A DNA stretch of 64,000 nucleotides from an uncultured Prolixibacteraceae bacterium (lineage in GTDB: Bacteria; Bacteroidota; Bacteroidia; Bacteroidales; FEN-979): contig CAYSAU010000015.1 in assembly GCA_964429135.1 (NCBI GenBank), positions 8,312 to 72,311 of the forward strand. Reading direction: 5' to 3'. This document shows positions 38,426 through 48,524 of the stretch, in pieces. Position numbers and translations under genes: made by a program. Within the stretch, counting starts at the first letter, position 1, and every line of letters starts with the position of its first letter. The notes beneath the pieces were generated by a model. The model was not told the origin of the DNA and searched no databases. It saw only the letters and a program-made list of their open reading frames with translations.

Positions 38426-39481
38426 TTAAAATTTGATTCCAATACTCAACACAACCCGGAAAACAATGCCAAGCAGTATTGCCAGAATAATATATCTCAC
38501 AACGATCTTTACCTTTCTGGGGTCTTCATCAAAGAAAAGATCCTGAAGATTGATGCTTCTTAATAAAACCGGTAAAAGTAAAAAGAGCATTGAAGCGTTC
38601 AGGAATATTTCAAATAAGGTAATCTGAGGAATTTTTACAAGTATGATAAGGATATTCCCAAGAATCATAGGTAGAATAAACTGAGCAAGGTCAAACCTGA
38701 TTCTGTTATTTCTCCTTATGGCGTTAAAATATGAATTTCCAGAGTAAAGGAAATATCGTGTCATCATATAACCAAGCGTAAAAAGGCAAATAAATGCAAA
38801 TAAGCAAAGGATCATTTTTCCGGTATCCATGACAAAAAGATACATGATGACATAACCGAAACCTTCATCCAGGATGACCCCTACAAACATATCACCAAAA
38901 AAACGGAGTATAAAATGACAGAAAGCCCATAATACGAATAATCTCAGTAATCCCGTCTCTGCAGCAACATAAAGATAAAGGATTAACAGCAATAGGGCAA
39001 ATAGTAAAGAAAACAAGGGAGCGCTGCTGAATACAGCCTTCACCGCGTCATCTGTCCAGTCATAACCCCGGATCAGATATTCCACATCATAATAATATAA
39101 TATTGTCCTTATGCCGAAGGCAGAAGCAGAAAGTGCTGTAATCAGGTGGCTTAAAAAATAAACAAGCAGATAGGTGATCAGAAAAACGGCCAAAGAATTA
39201 ATTCCAATGGCCAGATATGTTCGCTTTGGATAATCTGTAAACCTGAATGACCCTGAGATATTTTTTACCGGTACTGTTGTCAGTGCCCCCGTTCGCCATA
39301 AAAACCTGAGTATTCTGTAAACGCGGTAGATCCTGTACCGAAGGGTTAATTCCTTTTTTGGTACTACCTGTTCAGTGATGGTTAAGGGTGTCCTTTTTTT
39401 CGAGGAATGCCTGATCAGGAAACGAATCCTCCGGTAGATACGATAAATCTGTTCCCGTGTGGAATGCGATTCCTTCTCCAT
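38426..39481 (-). CDS. Polytopic membrane protein of unknown function with duplicated basic N-terminal motif
   Basis: 351 aa with at least 7 hydrophobic segments. The cytoplasmic N-terminus carries IYRIYRRIRFLIR (aa 12-24) and IYRVYRILRFLWR (aa 51-63). It begins 6 nt after the upstream alpha-oxoamine synthase gene. Confidence 0.55.
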   Translation of the reverse strand: MEKESHSTREQIYRIYRRIRFLIRHSSKKRTPLTITEQVVPKKELTLRYRIYRVYRILRFLWRTGALTTVPVKNISGSFRFTDYPKRTYLAIGINSLAVFLITYLLVYFLSHLITALSASAFGIRTILYYYDVEYLIRGYDWTDDAVKAVFSSAPLFSLLFALLLLILYLYVAAETGLLRLFVLWAFCHFILRFFGDMFVGVILDEGFGYVIMYLFVMDTGKMILCLFAFICLFTLGYMMTRYFLYSGNSYFNAIRRNNRIRFDLAQFILPMILGNILIILVKIPQITLFEIFLNASMLFLLLPVLLRSINLQDLFFDEDPRKVKIVVRYIILAILLGIVFRVVLSIGIKF

Positions 39482-39487
39482 GAATGG

Positions 39488-40741
39488 CTAATAAATATCG
39501 GCAACATCGGGAATAACTCCCGAAGAATACTTCCCTTCATCGAGTTTTTTTCTGACCTCGGAAAATGCATCAATGGTATAAGTCACATCCTCAAGGGTAT
39601 GCGATGCAGTAGGGATTAGTCTCAGCATAATCACTCCTTTTGGGACAACGGGATAAATCACCATGGAACAAAATACTCCATAGTTCTCCCGTAAATCTGC
39701 AACGATCTGCGTGGCTTCACCCAGTCCACCTTTTAGAAAAACAGGGGTTACAGGTGATTGGGTACGACCAATGTCAAAACCTTTTTCCCGTAATCCATGC
39801 TGCAAGGCCCTTACAATAGTCCATAATTTTTCTTTTAATTCAGGCTGGTTGCGGAGTAATTCAAGGCGTTTCAGGGAACCAATAACCATGGGCATAGGTA
39901 ACGATTTGGCGAAAATCTGTGAACGCATATTGAATGTCAAGGCTTTGATGATCCGTTTTTCACTGGCAACAAAGGCACCGATTCCGGCCATGGCTTTAGC
40001 AAAAGTGCCAAAATAAACATCAACGCCATCGACTACTCCCTGCTCTTCAGAAGTACCGGCCCCATTTTTTCCCATGGTGCCAAATCCATGTGCATCATCC
40101 ACCAACAGCCTGAATCCATATTTGTCTTTAAACTGTAACATTCCGCTAAGATTTCCTAAATCTCCAGGCATACCAAAAACGCCTTCTGTGATGACCAGTA
40201 TTCCACCCTTGTTCTGATCGGCAAGTTTCCGGGCACGTTTAAGCTGCTGTTCAAACTTTTCCAAATCGTTATGCGGGAAAACAAACCGCTTGCCCATATG
40301 CAGCCGAAGACCATCCAGAATACAGGCATGGGATTCCGAATCATAAACCACTACATCATGACGGTCGAGGAGGGAGTCAATGATGGAAACCATGCCCATA
40401 TAACCAAAATTAAGCAGATATGCAGATTCTTTATGTTCAAATTCCGCGAGTTCCTTTTCTAACTTTTCATGATATTCCGTTTGTCCCGACATCATCCTTG
40501 CTCCCATGGGGGATGCCAGACCATAAGCTGCTGATGCTTCAGCATCAGCTTTCCTGACTTCCGGGTGATTCGCCAGCCCCAGATAATTATTTAAACTCCA
40601 GACCAGAACAGGCTTTCCTCTAAAAAACATACGGTTAGATATTTCCCCCTCAAGTTTTGGGAAAAAATAATAACCGTATCCATAATCAGCGAGTTGGCCC
40701 AATGGCCCCATATGATTCACTACTTTTTCGAAAATATCCAC
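39488..40741 (-). CDS. Alpha-oxoamine synthase family PLP enzyme (BioF/Kbl/serine palmitoyltransferase/cysteate-acyltransferase-like)
   Basis: 417 aa with NNYLGLANHPEV, VDDAHGFG, and the GTFAKAMAGIGAFV PLP-lysine motif. I cannot resolve the subfamily by eye. Confidence 0.8.
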   Translation of the reverse strand: MDIFEKVVNHMGPLGQLADYGYGYYFFPKLEGEISNRMFFRGKPVLVWSLNNYLGLANHPEVRKADAEASAAYGLASPMGARMMSGQTEYHEKLEKELAEFEHKESAYLLNFGYMGMVSIIDSLLDRHDVVVYDSESHACILDGLRLHMGKRFVFPHNDLEKFEQQLKRARKLADQNKGGILVITEGVFGMPGDLGNLSGMLQFKDKYGFRLLVDDAHGFGTMGKNGAGTSEEQGVVDGVDVYFGTFAKAMAGIGAFVASEKRIIKALTFNMRSQIFAKSLPMPMVIGSLKRLELLRNQPELKEKLWTIVRALQHGLREKGFDIGRTQSPVTPVFLKGGLGEATQIVADLRENYGVFCSMVIYPVVPKGVIMLRLIPTASHTLEDVTYTIDAFSEVRKKLDEGKYSSGVIPDVADIY

Positions 40742-40794
40742 GGCAGATAAGATTTTGTTGATTTTTACGTTAGAATAGATATTGCTTTCGCTGG

Positions 40795-40802
40795 CAAAAA
40801 TA
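40795..40802 (-). promoter_or_regulatory. -7 promoter box TATTTTTG for the alpha-oxoamine synthase operon
   Basis: Plus-strand CAAAAATA, 53 nt upstream of ATG 40741 on the minus strand. Confidence 0.4.
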
Positions 40803-40824
40803 CCAAAATTTCAATGAAAAATTG

Positions 40825-40832
40825 TACCTTTG
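40825..40832 (+). promoter_or_regulatory. -7 promoter box TACCTTTG for bamD
   Basis: Exact consensus match only 4 nt before ATG 40837, which implies a leaderless or near-leaderless mRNA. Confidence 0.55.
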
Positions 40833-40836
40833 CACC

Positions 40837-41676
40837 ATGAAATTAACCTTCCGTATTCTTGTTTCTTTTTTACTCATTGTAAGCCTTTATTCATGCGGCT
40901 TTCAGAAACTGGTCAAAAATGGGTCCGTGGATGAAAAATATGAAGCTGCCATGAAATATTATAATGATAAAGATTATTCCAAAGCACTTCAACTATTTGA
41001 TCAATTGGTAGGGGTGATGAGGGCGACAGACAAATCAGAGAAAATATATTATGCCTATGCTTATTGTTATTTCAATCAGAAGGATTATACCCTGGCTTCC
41101 TATTATTTTAAAAGGTATGCAAACAATTTTCCTAATTCCCAGCTTGCTGAAGAATGTTTATTCATGTCTGCCTACTGCAATTATCTCAGTTCCCCCGATT
41201 TTACTCTCGACCAAACCATCACCTACGATGCAATCAAAGATCTGCAGCTTTTTACAAATATTTACCCTACAAGTAAAAGAGTATCGGAATGCAATGACTT
41301 GATTGATAAACTAAGAGAAAAACTCGAGCACAAGGATTATCGGATAGCCAAAATGTATTACAGAATGGATGATTATGCTGCTGCAATCCAGGCATTCAAC
41401 AATATACTGAAAGAGTTTCCCGAAACTAACCGTAAGGAAGAAATTCTTTTTTTTATCTTTAAATCTTATCATCGATTCGCGAAAGAAAGTATTGAGGAAA
41501 AGAAAAAAGACAGACATTTGAAAGCGATTAATGCCTACAATGAATTTATTAGTCAATACCCCGAAAGTCAGTTTCTTTCAGAAGCAAAAGATTTAAAGGA
41601 AAAATCCAGAAAAGAACTTGAATTGATCTATCAGAAGGATCAAAGAAAAACAGAACCCTTAATAAAACCATTATAA
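40837..41676 (+). CDS. bamD: Outer-membrane protein assembly factor BamD (TPR lipoprotein)
   Basis: Lipobox VSLYSC, TPR-like repeats (YEAAMKYYNDKDYSKALQLFDQL...), and the conserved position upstream of rpoZ-coaBC. The track start, TTG 40822, precedes the TACCTTTG box (40825-40832), so ATG 40837 was chosen. Confidence 0.75.
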   Translation: MKLTFRILVSFLLIVSLYSCGFQKLVKNGSVDEKYEAAMKYYNDKDYSKALQLFDQLVGVMRATDKSEKIYYAYAYCYFNQKDYTLASYYFKRYANNFPNSQLAEECLFMSAYCNYLSSPDFTLDQTITYDAIKDLQLFTNIYPTSKRVSECNDLIDKLREKLEHKDYRIAKMYYRMDDYAAAIQAFNNILKEFPETNRKEEILFFIFKSYHRFAKESIEEKKKDRHLKAINAYNEFISQYPESQFLSEAKDLKEKSRKELELIYQKDQRKTEPLIKPL

Positions 41677-41680
41677 AACC

Positions 41681-42016
41681 ATGGATTACAAGAAAACAAA
41701 GCTTGAACTCAATGCCGTAACGCGTAATATTGAAGATTTCACAAAGGGAACGAACAATATTTATGAGACGGTGGCAGTGCTTTCAAAAAGAGCCAACCAG
41801 ATCGGATTGGAAATGAAAGAAGAATTAAATCAGAAAATTTCTGAATTTGCTACCACAACGGATAATCTGGAAGAAGTATTTGAAAATCGTGAACAAATTG
41901 AAATTGCGAAATATTATGAACATCTTCCCAAACCAACCCTGATCTCCATTCATGAATACCTGAATGATGAAGTGTACTTCAGGAATCCCCATAAGGAAAA
42001 AGCAGAAGATTTCTAA
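41681..42016 (+). CDS. rpoZ: DNA-directed RNA polymerase subunit omega (Bacteroidota long form)
   Basis: 111 aa. NIYETVAVLSKRANQI resembles the Rpb6/omega core helix. Its position between bamD and coaBC is the usual Bacteroidota synteny. Confidence 0.55.
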   Translation: MDYKKTKLELNAVTRNIEDFTKGTNNIYETVAVLSKRANQIGLEMKEELNQKISEFATTTDNLEEVFENREQIEIAKYYEHLPKPTLISIHEYLNDEVYFRNPHKEKAEDF

Positions 42017-42034
42017 TTCTTCAAAACAATCACA

Positions 42035-43249
42035 ATGCTAAAGGGAAAAAGAATAGTTATTGGCATAACAGGTAGTATCGCTGCCTATAAAATCCCTTTG
42101 CTGATCCGTCTGCTTATCAAAGAAGGTGCTGAAATCAAAGTTATCATGACTCCCATCGCCAGAGATTTTGTGACACCTCTAACCCTGGCAACCTTGTCTT
42201 CAAATCCCGTCATGGTTGACCCCTTCGACCCTGGAAACGGTAGTTGGAATAACCATGTGGAATTGGGACAATGGGCAGACCTGATGCTATTTGCCCCTGT
42301 AACCGCCAATTCACTTGGAAAAATGGCAAATGGGATTGCCGATAATTTTGTTATCACGGCATATTTATCGGCCAAATGCCCGGTCTTTATTGCACCCGCA
42401 ATGGACATGGATATGTATCAGCATCCCTCCACCCAAAAGAACATTGCACAACTCCGTTCATACGGTAATACCATCATTGAGCCTCAGGTGGGAGAATTGG
42501 CCAGTGGTCTTTCTGGACCAGGACGACTTGAGGAACCGGAAATTATCCTCCATCTCATTCAGTCATATTTTAAGAAAGACAAGAGCTTAAGTAAAAAAAA
42601 AATTCTGATAACTGCAGGACCAACTTATGAAAAGATTGATCCTGTGAGGTTTATTGGAAATTATTCCTCTGGCAGAATGGGTTTCGCTTTGGCCGAAGAA
42701 GCAGCCTTAAGAGGAGGAAAAGTTCTCCTGATCACAGGCCCCACAAACCTTTCAGTAAATCACCCATCCATTAGCAGAATCAATGTAGAATCTGCAGATG
42801 AGATGCATCAGGCTTGCCTGGGTGAGTCAACATCAGCAGATATCATTATAATGGCAGCTGCAGTCGCTGATTTTAAAGTAAAGGAACCACAGTCACGGAA
42901 AATTAAGAAAGAAAATAAACCTTTGCATCTTGATCTTTTACCTACCCCTGACATTCTCTATCAACTTGGTCAACAGAAAAGAAAACATCAAATCATCGTT
43001 GGTTTTGCCTTGGAAACGAACAATGAAATTCAGAATGCCAGAAAGAAACTGAGAACCAAAAAACTTGATTTTATCATATTGAATGCTGCAAATGTTAAAG
43101 GTGAGGGGTTCAATGGTCCAACAAACAGAATTACAATCATAGATAAAAAAGGTAATGTCATTCATGGCGTATTGAAATCAAAAAAGAATGTTGCCTCCGA
43201 CATCTTTGATGTTATCTGCAGTCAAAAACAGAATATTAATTCAGACTGA
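42035..43249 (+). CDS. coaBC: Bifunctional phosphopantothenoylcysteine decarboxylase / phosphopantothenate-cysteine ligase
   Basis: 404 aa with the flavoprotein N-domain (GITGSIAAYK, PAMDMDM) and the CoaB C-domain (ITAGPTYEKIDPVRFIGNYSSGRMG, AAAVADF). Confidence 0.9.
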   Translation: MLKGKRIVIGITGSIAAYKIPLLIRLLIKEGAEIKVIMTPIARDFVTPLTLATLSSNPVMVDPFDPGNGSWNNHVELGQWADLMLFAPVTANSLGKMANGIADNFVITAYLSAKCPVFIAPAMDMDMYQHPSTQKNIAQLRSYGNTIIEPQVGELASGLSGPGRLEEPEIILHLIQSYFKKDKSLSKKKILITAGPTYEKIDPVRFIGNYSSGRMGFALAEEAALRGGKVLLITGPTNLSVNHPSISRINVESADEMHQACLGESTSADIIIMAAAVADFKVKEPQSRKIKKENKPLHLDLLPTPDILYQLGQQKRKHQIIVGFALETNNEIQNARKKLRTKKLDFIILNAANVKGEGFNGPTNRITIIDKKGNVIHGVLKSKKNVASDIFDVICSQKQNINSD

Positions 43250-43250
43250 T

Positions 43251-44156
43251 ATGAAAAAACTATTATTCGTTTTTGCGTTTCTGCTGACTTTCCTTGATCT
43301 TCATTCTCAGGAATTTAATTGTTCATTAAATGTGACCGCTCCCCAGCTTGAAGGAACGGATAAAAAGATTTTTGAAACTTTGCAAAATGCCCTTTTTGAG
43401 TTCATGAACAACCGAAAATGGTCCAATTATAATTTCAAAACTGAAGAAAGAATAGAATGCACTATGTTAATGACAGTAACTGACCGCCTTGGATCTGATG
43501 AATTCAGAGCCAATTTGAATGTCGTTCTACGTCGGCCCGTTTTAAATACAGCCTATAACTCTGTCCTGCTGAACTATATTGACAAAGGAATCCAATTCAG
43601 ATATGTCGAATATCAACCCTTGGATTATTCTGATGGTACTTTTACATCCAATTTAACTTCCCTTATGGCATACTATTCCTATGTATTACTGGGTCTTTAT
43701 TTTGATTCGTATTCTCTTAACGGTGGATCTCCTTTCCTTGAAAAAGCTCAGGAAGTGGTGAATGCCGCTCAAAATGCCCAGGAACCTGGATGGAAAGCAT
43801 ATGAAAATGATAAAAACAGATACTGGCTGATCAATGGTTATATGAATCCGGCAAATTCCGGTTTAAGAGAGTTTACTTATTCTTTTCATCGTCTCGGACT
43901 CGATCAGATGTACGAAAAAGTTGATCAGGGAAGAAATAATACGACGGAAAGCCTTAATCTGCTCCAGAAAGTCTATAATGCCAAACCGGGCTTATATGCC
44001 CTGCAACTTGTTTTTGACGCGAAAAGGGATGAATTTGTGAATATTTATTCTGATCAGCGTGTCCCTCCAATGGAAAAAACGAATGTAACCAATCTATTGA
44101 AAGAAATCGATCCTGCCAATAGCTCTAAATATCAGGCAATTCTTGATGCAAAATAA
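43251..44156 (+). CDS. DUF4835-family secreted protein (possibly the T9SS-associated PorD family; not verified)
   Basis: ATG 43251 gives a signal peptide (MKKLLFVFAFLLTFLDLHSQ), 1 nt after the coaBC stop. FNCSLNV....L.G.DK..F..L and its position between coaBC and recN match the DUF4835 synteny I recall in Bacteroidota. Confidence 0.55.
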   Translation: MKKLLFVFAFLLTFLDLHSQEFNCSLNVTAPQLEGTDKKIFETLQNALFEFMNNRKWSNYNFKTEERIECTMLMTVTDRLGSDEFRANLNVVLRRPVLNTAYNSVLLNYIDKGIQFRYVEYQPLDYSDGTFTSNLTSLMAYYSYVLLGLYFDSYSLNGGSPFLEKAQEVVNAAQNAQEPGWKAYENDKNRYWLINGYMNPANSGLREFTYSFHRLGLDQMYEKVDQGRNNTTESLNLLQKVYNAKPGLYALQLVFDAKRDEFVNIYSDQRVPPMEKTNVTNLLKEIDPANSSKYQAILDAK

Positions 44157-44158
44157 GA

Positions 44159-44166
44159 TAAATTTG
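44159..44166 (+). promoter_or_regulatory. -7 promoter box TAAATTTG for recN
   Basis: Exact consensus match only 4 nt before ATG 44171. Confidence 0.45.
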
Positions 44167-44170
44167 TTTT

Positions 44171-45826
44171 ATGCTCCAGAAACTTGCCATCAAAAATTAT
44201 GCATTGATCCATGACCTTGAGATTGATTTCTGCCACGGCTTTTCAGTGATCACAGGAGAAACGGGAGCAGGAAAATCAATCATCCTGGGGGCATTGTCAT
44301 TAATTCTAGGGCAACGTGCAGACAGCAATGTTCTTCTGAATAAATCACTTAAGTGTATTATTGAGGGGACTTTTAATATCGAAAATTATCACCTTGATGA
44401 ATTCTTTATCGCCCATGATCTTGATCAGGATAATATTGCCATTCTTCGCAGGGAAATTAATCCCCAGGGAAAATCAAGGGCTTTTATCAATGATACACCC
44501 GTTGGTCTTTCACTTTTAAAGGAATTGGGAGACAGGCTGGTGAATATACATTCGCAAAATGCAATCACTACCCTCAACGACACCAATTTTCAACTGGCTG
44601 TCCTGGATAGTTATACAGGTCATTTGGAAAATGTCGCAAAATACAGAACCAGCTTCCATGAACTTCAGAAATTCGAAAATGAACTAAAATTATTACAGGA
44701 AAGGGATATTAAAGCCAGAGAAGAAAGAGATTATTTATCCTTTTTACTCCATGAATTGAATCGCATTGAACTAAAAATAGGGGAGCAGGATGAATTAGAA
44801 CACAGGCTTCAGGTGCTTACCCATGCTGAAGAAATCAAATCAGGGCTGTATAAATCTACTGAAATTCTTGCTCAAGATGAGTTTAATGTTCTTTCCCGGC
44901 TTTCTGAGGTTATTCACCATCTGCATTCCGTTTCCAGCTTTCAGGAAACCATTTTAGATATTCAGGAAAGATTGCAAAGTAATTTAATCGATATCAAGGA
45001 CATTGCATCAAGCATAGAGAGGATCAATGACAAGGTCTTTTTCAGCCCTGCTGAAATCGAAAACACATCCACCCGTCTGGATCAAATTTATCAACTTGAG
45101 AAGAAGCATAAAGTGACTTCTGTTGATGAACTTTTAAACATCAGAGATAATATTGAAAGTAAATTATCTGAAGGTGATTATTTAGAAGAAAAGATAAAGC
45201 ATGTCAAATCTACCATTGAGAATATTTCTGCTCTTCTTTTAAAAAATGCAGAAATGCTAAGCAAGGCCAGAAAAAAAGCAATCCCTGCATTTGAAACAGA
45301 AATTTTAAAATTATCTTCCCGATTAGGTATGCAAAATGCAAATCTAATCATTGAATGTAAACATCAGCCTGAGTTGAGTAAAGATGGGCTTGACAGAATT
45401 CGCTTTCTCTTTAGTGCCAATAAAGGAGTTGAACCTGATGAAATATCAAAGATTGCCTCAGGAGGCGAACGTTCAAGATTGATGCTTTGTATTAAATCAA
45501 TGGTCAGTCAGAAAAACTTGCTTCCAACCATTATTTTTGACGAAATCGATATTGGAGTTTCCGGAGAAATTGCTGGGAAAGTTGGGGATATTCTAAAAAA
45601 AATGTCAAGCCATATGCAGGTTATAGCCATCACTCACCTTCCTCAGATTGCAGGGAAAGGTGAATGGCAGTACAAAGTATATAAAACTGAAAAAAAAGAT
45701 TTTACAACTTCTTATATAAAGCAATTATCGACAACAGAACGCATGGAAGAAATAGCTAAAATGCTTAGCAATGACAAGGTGACAGATGCAGCCTTACAGA
45801 CTGCTAAAGAATTGCTTAATAGTTAG
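44171..45826 (+). CDS. recN: DNA repair protein RecN
   Basis: 551 aa with the N-terminus L.IKNYALI..L.IDF..GFSVITGETGAGKSI (Walker A), a long coiled-coil, and the C-terminal ASGGERSRLML signature with FDEIDIGVSG Walker B. Confidence 0.9.
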   Translation: MLQKLAIKNYALIHDLEIDFCHGFSVITGETGAGKSIILGALSLILGQRADSNVLLNKSLKCIIEGTFNIENYHLDEFFIAHDLDQDNIAILRREINPQGKSRAFINDTPVGLSLLKELGDRLVNIHSQNAITTLNDTNFQLAVLDSYTGHLENVAKYRTSFHELQKFENELKLLQERDIKAREERDYLSFLLHELNRIELKIGEQDELEHRLQVLTHAEEIKSGLYKSTEILAQDEFNVLSRLSEVIHHLHSVSSFQETILDIQERLQSNLIDIKDIASSIERINDKVFFSPAEIENTSTRLDQIYQLEKKHKVTSVDELLNIRDNIESKLSEGDYLEEKIKHVKSTIENISALLLKNAEMLSKARKKAIPAFETEILKLSSRLGMQNANLIIECKHQPELSKDGLDRIRFLFSANKGVEPDEISKIASGGERSRLMLCIKSMVSQKNLLPTIIFDEIDIGVSGEIAGKVGDILKKMSSHMQVIAITHLPQIAGKGEWQYKVYKTEKKDFTTSYIKQLSTTERMEEIAKMLSNDKVTDAALQTAKELLNS

Positions 45827-45866
45827 ATATTAATGTTAACTAAACCATTACTTTAAAAATAATCTC

Positions 45867-46697
45867 ATGGCATACAATCTCCTGTCAGGTAAAAAGGGAA
45901 TCATTTTTGGTGCTCTTGATCATAAGTCAATCGCTTGGAAAACAGCAATAAGAGCCCATGAGGAGGGGGCTGTTTTTACCCTTTCAAATACTCCTGTTGC
46001 CTTAAGATTTGGGGAAATACATGAACTGGCAAAACTTTGTAATGCGGAAATTATTCCAGCCGATGCCACCAGTGTCAACGACCTGGAAAAAGTATTTAAA
46101 CAATCTATGGAAATCTTGGGTGGAAAAGTCGATTTTGTTCTGCACTCCATTGGGATGTCGTTGAATGTTAGAAAACACAGAGAGTATGATGATCTGGATT
46201 ATGATTACTTTCTAAGAACGATTGATATTTCTGCATTGTCGTTCCATAAACTATTGCAAGTCGCGAAGAAGTTGGATGCCATCAATGAATGGGGGTCGGT
46301 GCTCGCATTTTCATATATCGCTGCACAAAGAACGCTATATGGATATAATGATATGGCAGATGCTAAGTCATTACTGGAATCCATTGCCAGAAGTTTTGGG
46401 TATATCTATGGACGTGAAAAAAAAATCAGGATAAACACCATTTCCCAATCACCTACGAGAACTACGGCGGGCAGTGGAATTAAAGGAATTGACGGGTTGG
46501 TTGATTTTACCGAGCGGATGTCACCTCTGGGCAATGCTACTGCAGAAGAATGTGCGGACTTTTCAATTGTTCTCCTGTCGGATCTTAGTCGTAAAATAAC
46601 CATGCAAAATATCTTTCATGACGGAGGTTTTTCAAGTATGGCCATGAGTCTCAAGGCCATGACACAATATAATAAATGCCTGGAGGAAGAAGCTTGA
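45867..46697 (+). CDS. fabI: Enoyl-[acyl-carrier-protein] reductase (FabI-like SDR)
   Basis: 276 aa with LSGKKGIIFG...SIAW, the catalytic Y-x6-K (YNDMADAK), INTISQSP, and a C-terminal HDGG. Confidence 0.7.
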   Translation: MAYNLLSGKKGIIFGALDHKSIAWKTAIRAHEEGAVFTLSNTPVALRFGEIHELAKLCNAEIIPADATSVNDLEKVFKQSMEILGGKVDFVLHSIGMSLNVRKHREYDDLDYDYFLRTIDISALSFHKLLQVAKKLDAINEWGSVLAFSYIAAQRTLYGYNDMADAKSLLESIARSFGYIYGREKKIRINTISQSPTRTTAGSGIKGIDGLVDFTERMSPLGNATAEECADFSIVLLSDLSRKITMQNIFHDGGFSSMAMSLKAMTQYNKCLEEEA

Positions 46698-46725
46698 ATG
46701 CTGAAAAAACAGTTATAAATTCTTG

Positions 46726-46733
46726 TATCTTTG
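46726..46733 (+). promoter_or_regulatory. -7 promoter box TATCTTTG for etfB
   Basis: Exact consensus match, 37 nt before ATG 46771. Confidence 0.5.
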
Positions 46734-46770
46734 CAACCCGATAATTTTAAAGAAAACAAAATCTATTTCA

Positions 46771-47520
46771 ATGAGAATTTTGGTTTGTATTAGTCATGTT
46801 CCCGATACCACGACACGGGTAAAATTCATTCATGAGAATAAAACCCTTGATGTAAATGGAATTCAATGGGTGATTAATCCATGGGATGAGTTGTCGTTGA
46901 CAAGGGCATTAGAATTAAAAGATAATTCAGCCCTGGGAGTTCAATCTGTGACAATCGCACATGTTGGTCTCACCGCATCTGAACCGACCATAAGAAAAGC
47001 ATTGGCCATAGGAGCAGACGATGCGATACGTATTAATGCTGAACCACTGGATGCCTATTTCGTTGCTGCACAACTGGCAGAAGTCATCAAAACAAATCCT
47101 TTTGATCTCATTCTGTGTGGAATAGAATCAAGTGATTATAATGGGTCTAACGTAGGAGGGATACTGGCCGAACTGCTTGGCTATGCTTCAGTATCCTCAG
47201 TTACAAATATTGAAATTGAAAATGGGGAACTTATAATCACTCGCGAAATTGATGGGGGAAAAGAAATTATTAACATTTCCTCACCCATGGTTGCAGTAGT
47301 TCAGAAAGGCATTGCTAAAGAACCCAGAATTGCTGCCATGAGGGGAATCATGATGGCCAGAACAAAACCCATCAAAGTGTTTGAACCTCTACCACTGGAA
47401 CCATTGACGGAAATCATGGATTTCGAAATGCCAAAACCCAGGGCGTCTTGCAAGTTCATTGATCCTGAAAATCCCCGGCAATTGATAGAATTACTCCAAA
47501 CAGAGGCTAAAATTATATAA
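46771..47520 (+). CDS. etfB: Electron transfer flavoprotein beta subunit
   Basis: MRILVCISHVPDTTTRVKF...INPWDE.SL..AL is the ETF-beta N-terminus, and LILCG.ESSD also fits. The track start, TTG 46723, precedes the TATCTTTG box, so ATG 46771 was chosen. Confidence 0.85.
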   Translation: MRILVCISHVPDTTTRVKFIHENKTLDVNGIQWVINPWDELSLTRALELKDNSALGVQSVTIAHVGLTASEPTIRKALAIGADDAIRINAEPLDAYFVAAQLAEVIKTNPFDLILCGIESSDYNGSNVGGILAELLGYASVSSVTNIEIENGELIITREIDGGKEIINISSPMVAVVQKGIAKEPRIAAMRGIMMARTKPIKVFEPLPLEPLTEIMDFEMPKPRASCKFIDPENPRQLIELLQTEAKII

Positions 47521-47543
47521 TCAAAATTTAACCAATACGAAAT

Positions 47544-48515
47544 ATGGCAGTTTTAATCTTTGTTGAAAATTGGGATGGTAAGTTTAAAAAACTTTCATTC
47601 GAATTGATTTCATACGCTTCCAAAGTTGCTGAGATGCTTTCTACTGTGCCTATAGCGTTATCGATCGGAAAAGTGGAGCAAACAGAACTTGAGAAATTAG
47701 GAAAATACGGAGCTAAAAAAATTCTCACGCTCGATACTGAAATATACAACACCTTTGATACTCAGGCATATACTTCAGCCATTGCCGAGGTAGCTAAGAA
47801 AGAATCTGCTTCGATAGTGATCCTTTCCAATAATATTACCGGGAAAGCCCTTGCCCCCCGGCTGTCTGTTCAATTAAAAGCTGGAATTGCCTCAGGGGTA
47901 AGTAAACTGCCGCTAAGTACCGACCCTTTTATAGTAAATAAGAAGGTCTTCTCGGGAAGCGCTTATGCTCACGTTCGAATTCAATCCCAAAACAAGATTA
48001 TCACATTGGCACAGAATTCTTTTGAATTAATTGAAAAATCGGTGGATGTGACTTATGAAAAAATTACCATTCCGGTTTCAAACAATCTCATTCAAACAAA
48101 AGTTCGGGAGACGCAGAGGCAAACAGGTAAAATTCTTTTGACGGATGCTGAAATTGTTGTCTCCGGAGGTAGGGGAATGAAATCACCTGACAACTGGGGC
48201 CCGCTTGAGGAACTATCGGGTTTACTTGGTGCTGCCACTGCTTGTTCACGCCCAGTATCGGATGAAGGCTGGAGACCTCACGGAGAACATACTGGACAGA
48301 CGGGGAAGATTATCGCACCCAATCTTTATATCGCCATTGGAATTTCTGGTGCTACCCAGCACCTAGCCGGGGTTAGTGCCTCAAAAATCATTGTGGCAAT
48401 CAATACGGATAAAGATGCCCCGATCTTCCAGTCTGCACAATATGGTATTGTCGGTGATGCTTCCAAAATATTACCCTCATTGGTGGAAGCGGTGAAAGAA
48501 ATGAAAATGAAATAG
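47544..48515 (+). CDS. etfA: Electron transfer flavoprotein alpha subunit
   Basis: 323 aa with the FAD-binding C-domain: [47 protein letters not shown]. Confidence 0.9.
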   Translation: MAVLIFVENWDGKFKKLSFELISYASKVAEMLSTVPIALSIGKVEQTELEKLGKYGAKKILTLDTEIYNTFDTQAYTSAIAEVAKKESASIVILSNNITGKALAPRLSVQLKAGIASGVSKLPLSTDPFIVNKKVFSGSAYAHVRIQSQNKIITLAQNSFELIEKSVDVTYEKITIPVSNNLIQTKVRETQRQTGKILLTDAEIVVSGGRGMKSPDNWGPLEELSGLLGAATACSRPVSDEGWRPHGEHTGQTGKIIAPNLYIAIGISGATQHLAGVSASKIIVAINTDKDAPIFQSAQYGIVGDASKILPSLVEAVKEMKMK

Positions 48516-48524
48516 TCCATTCCC

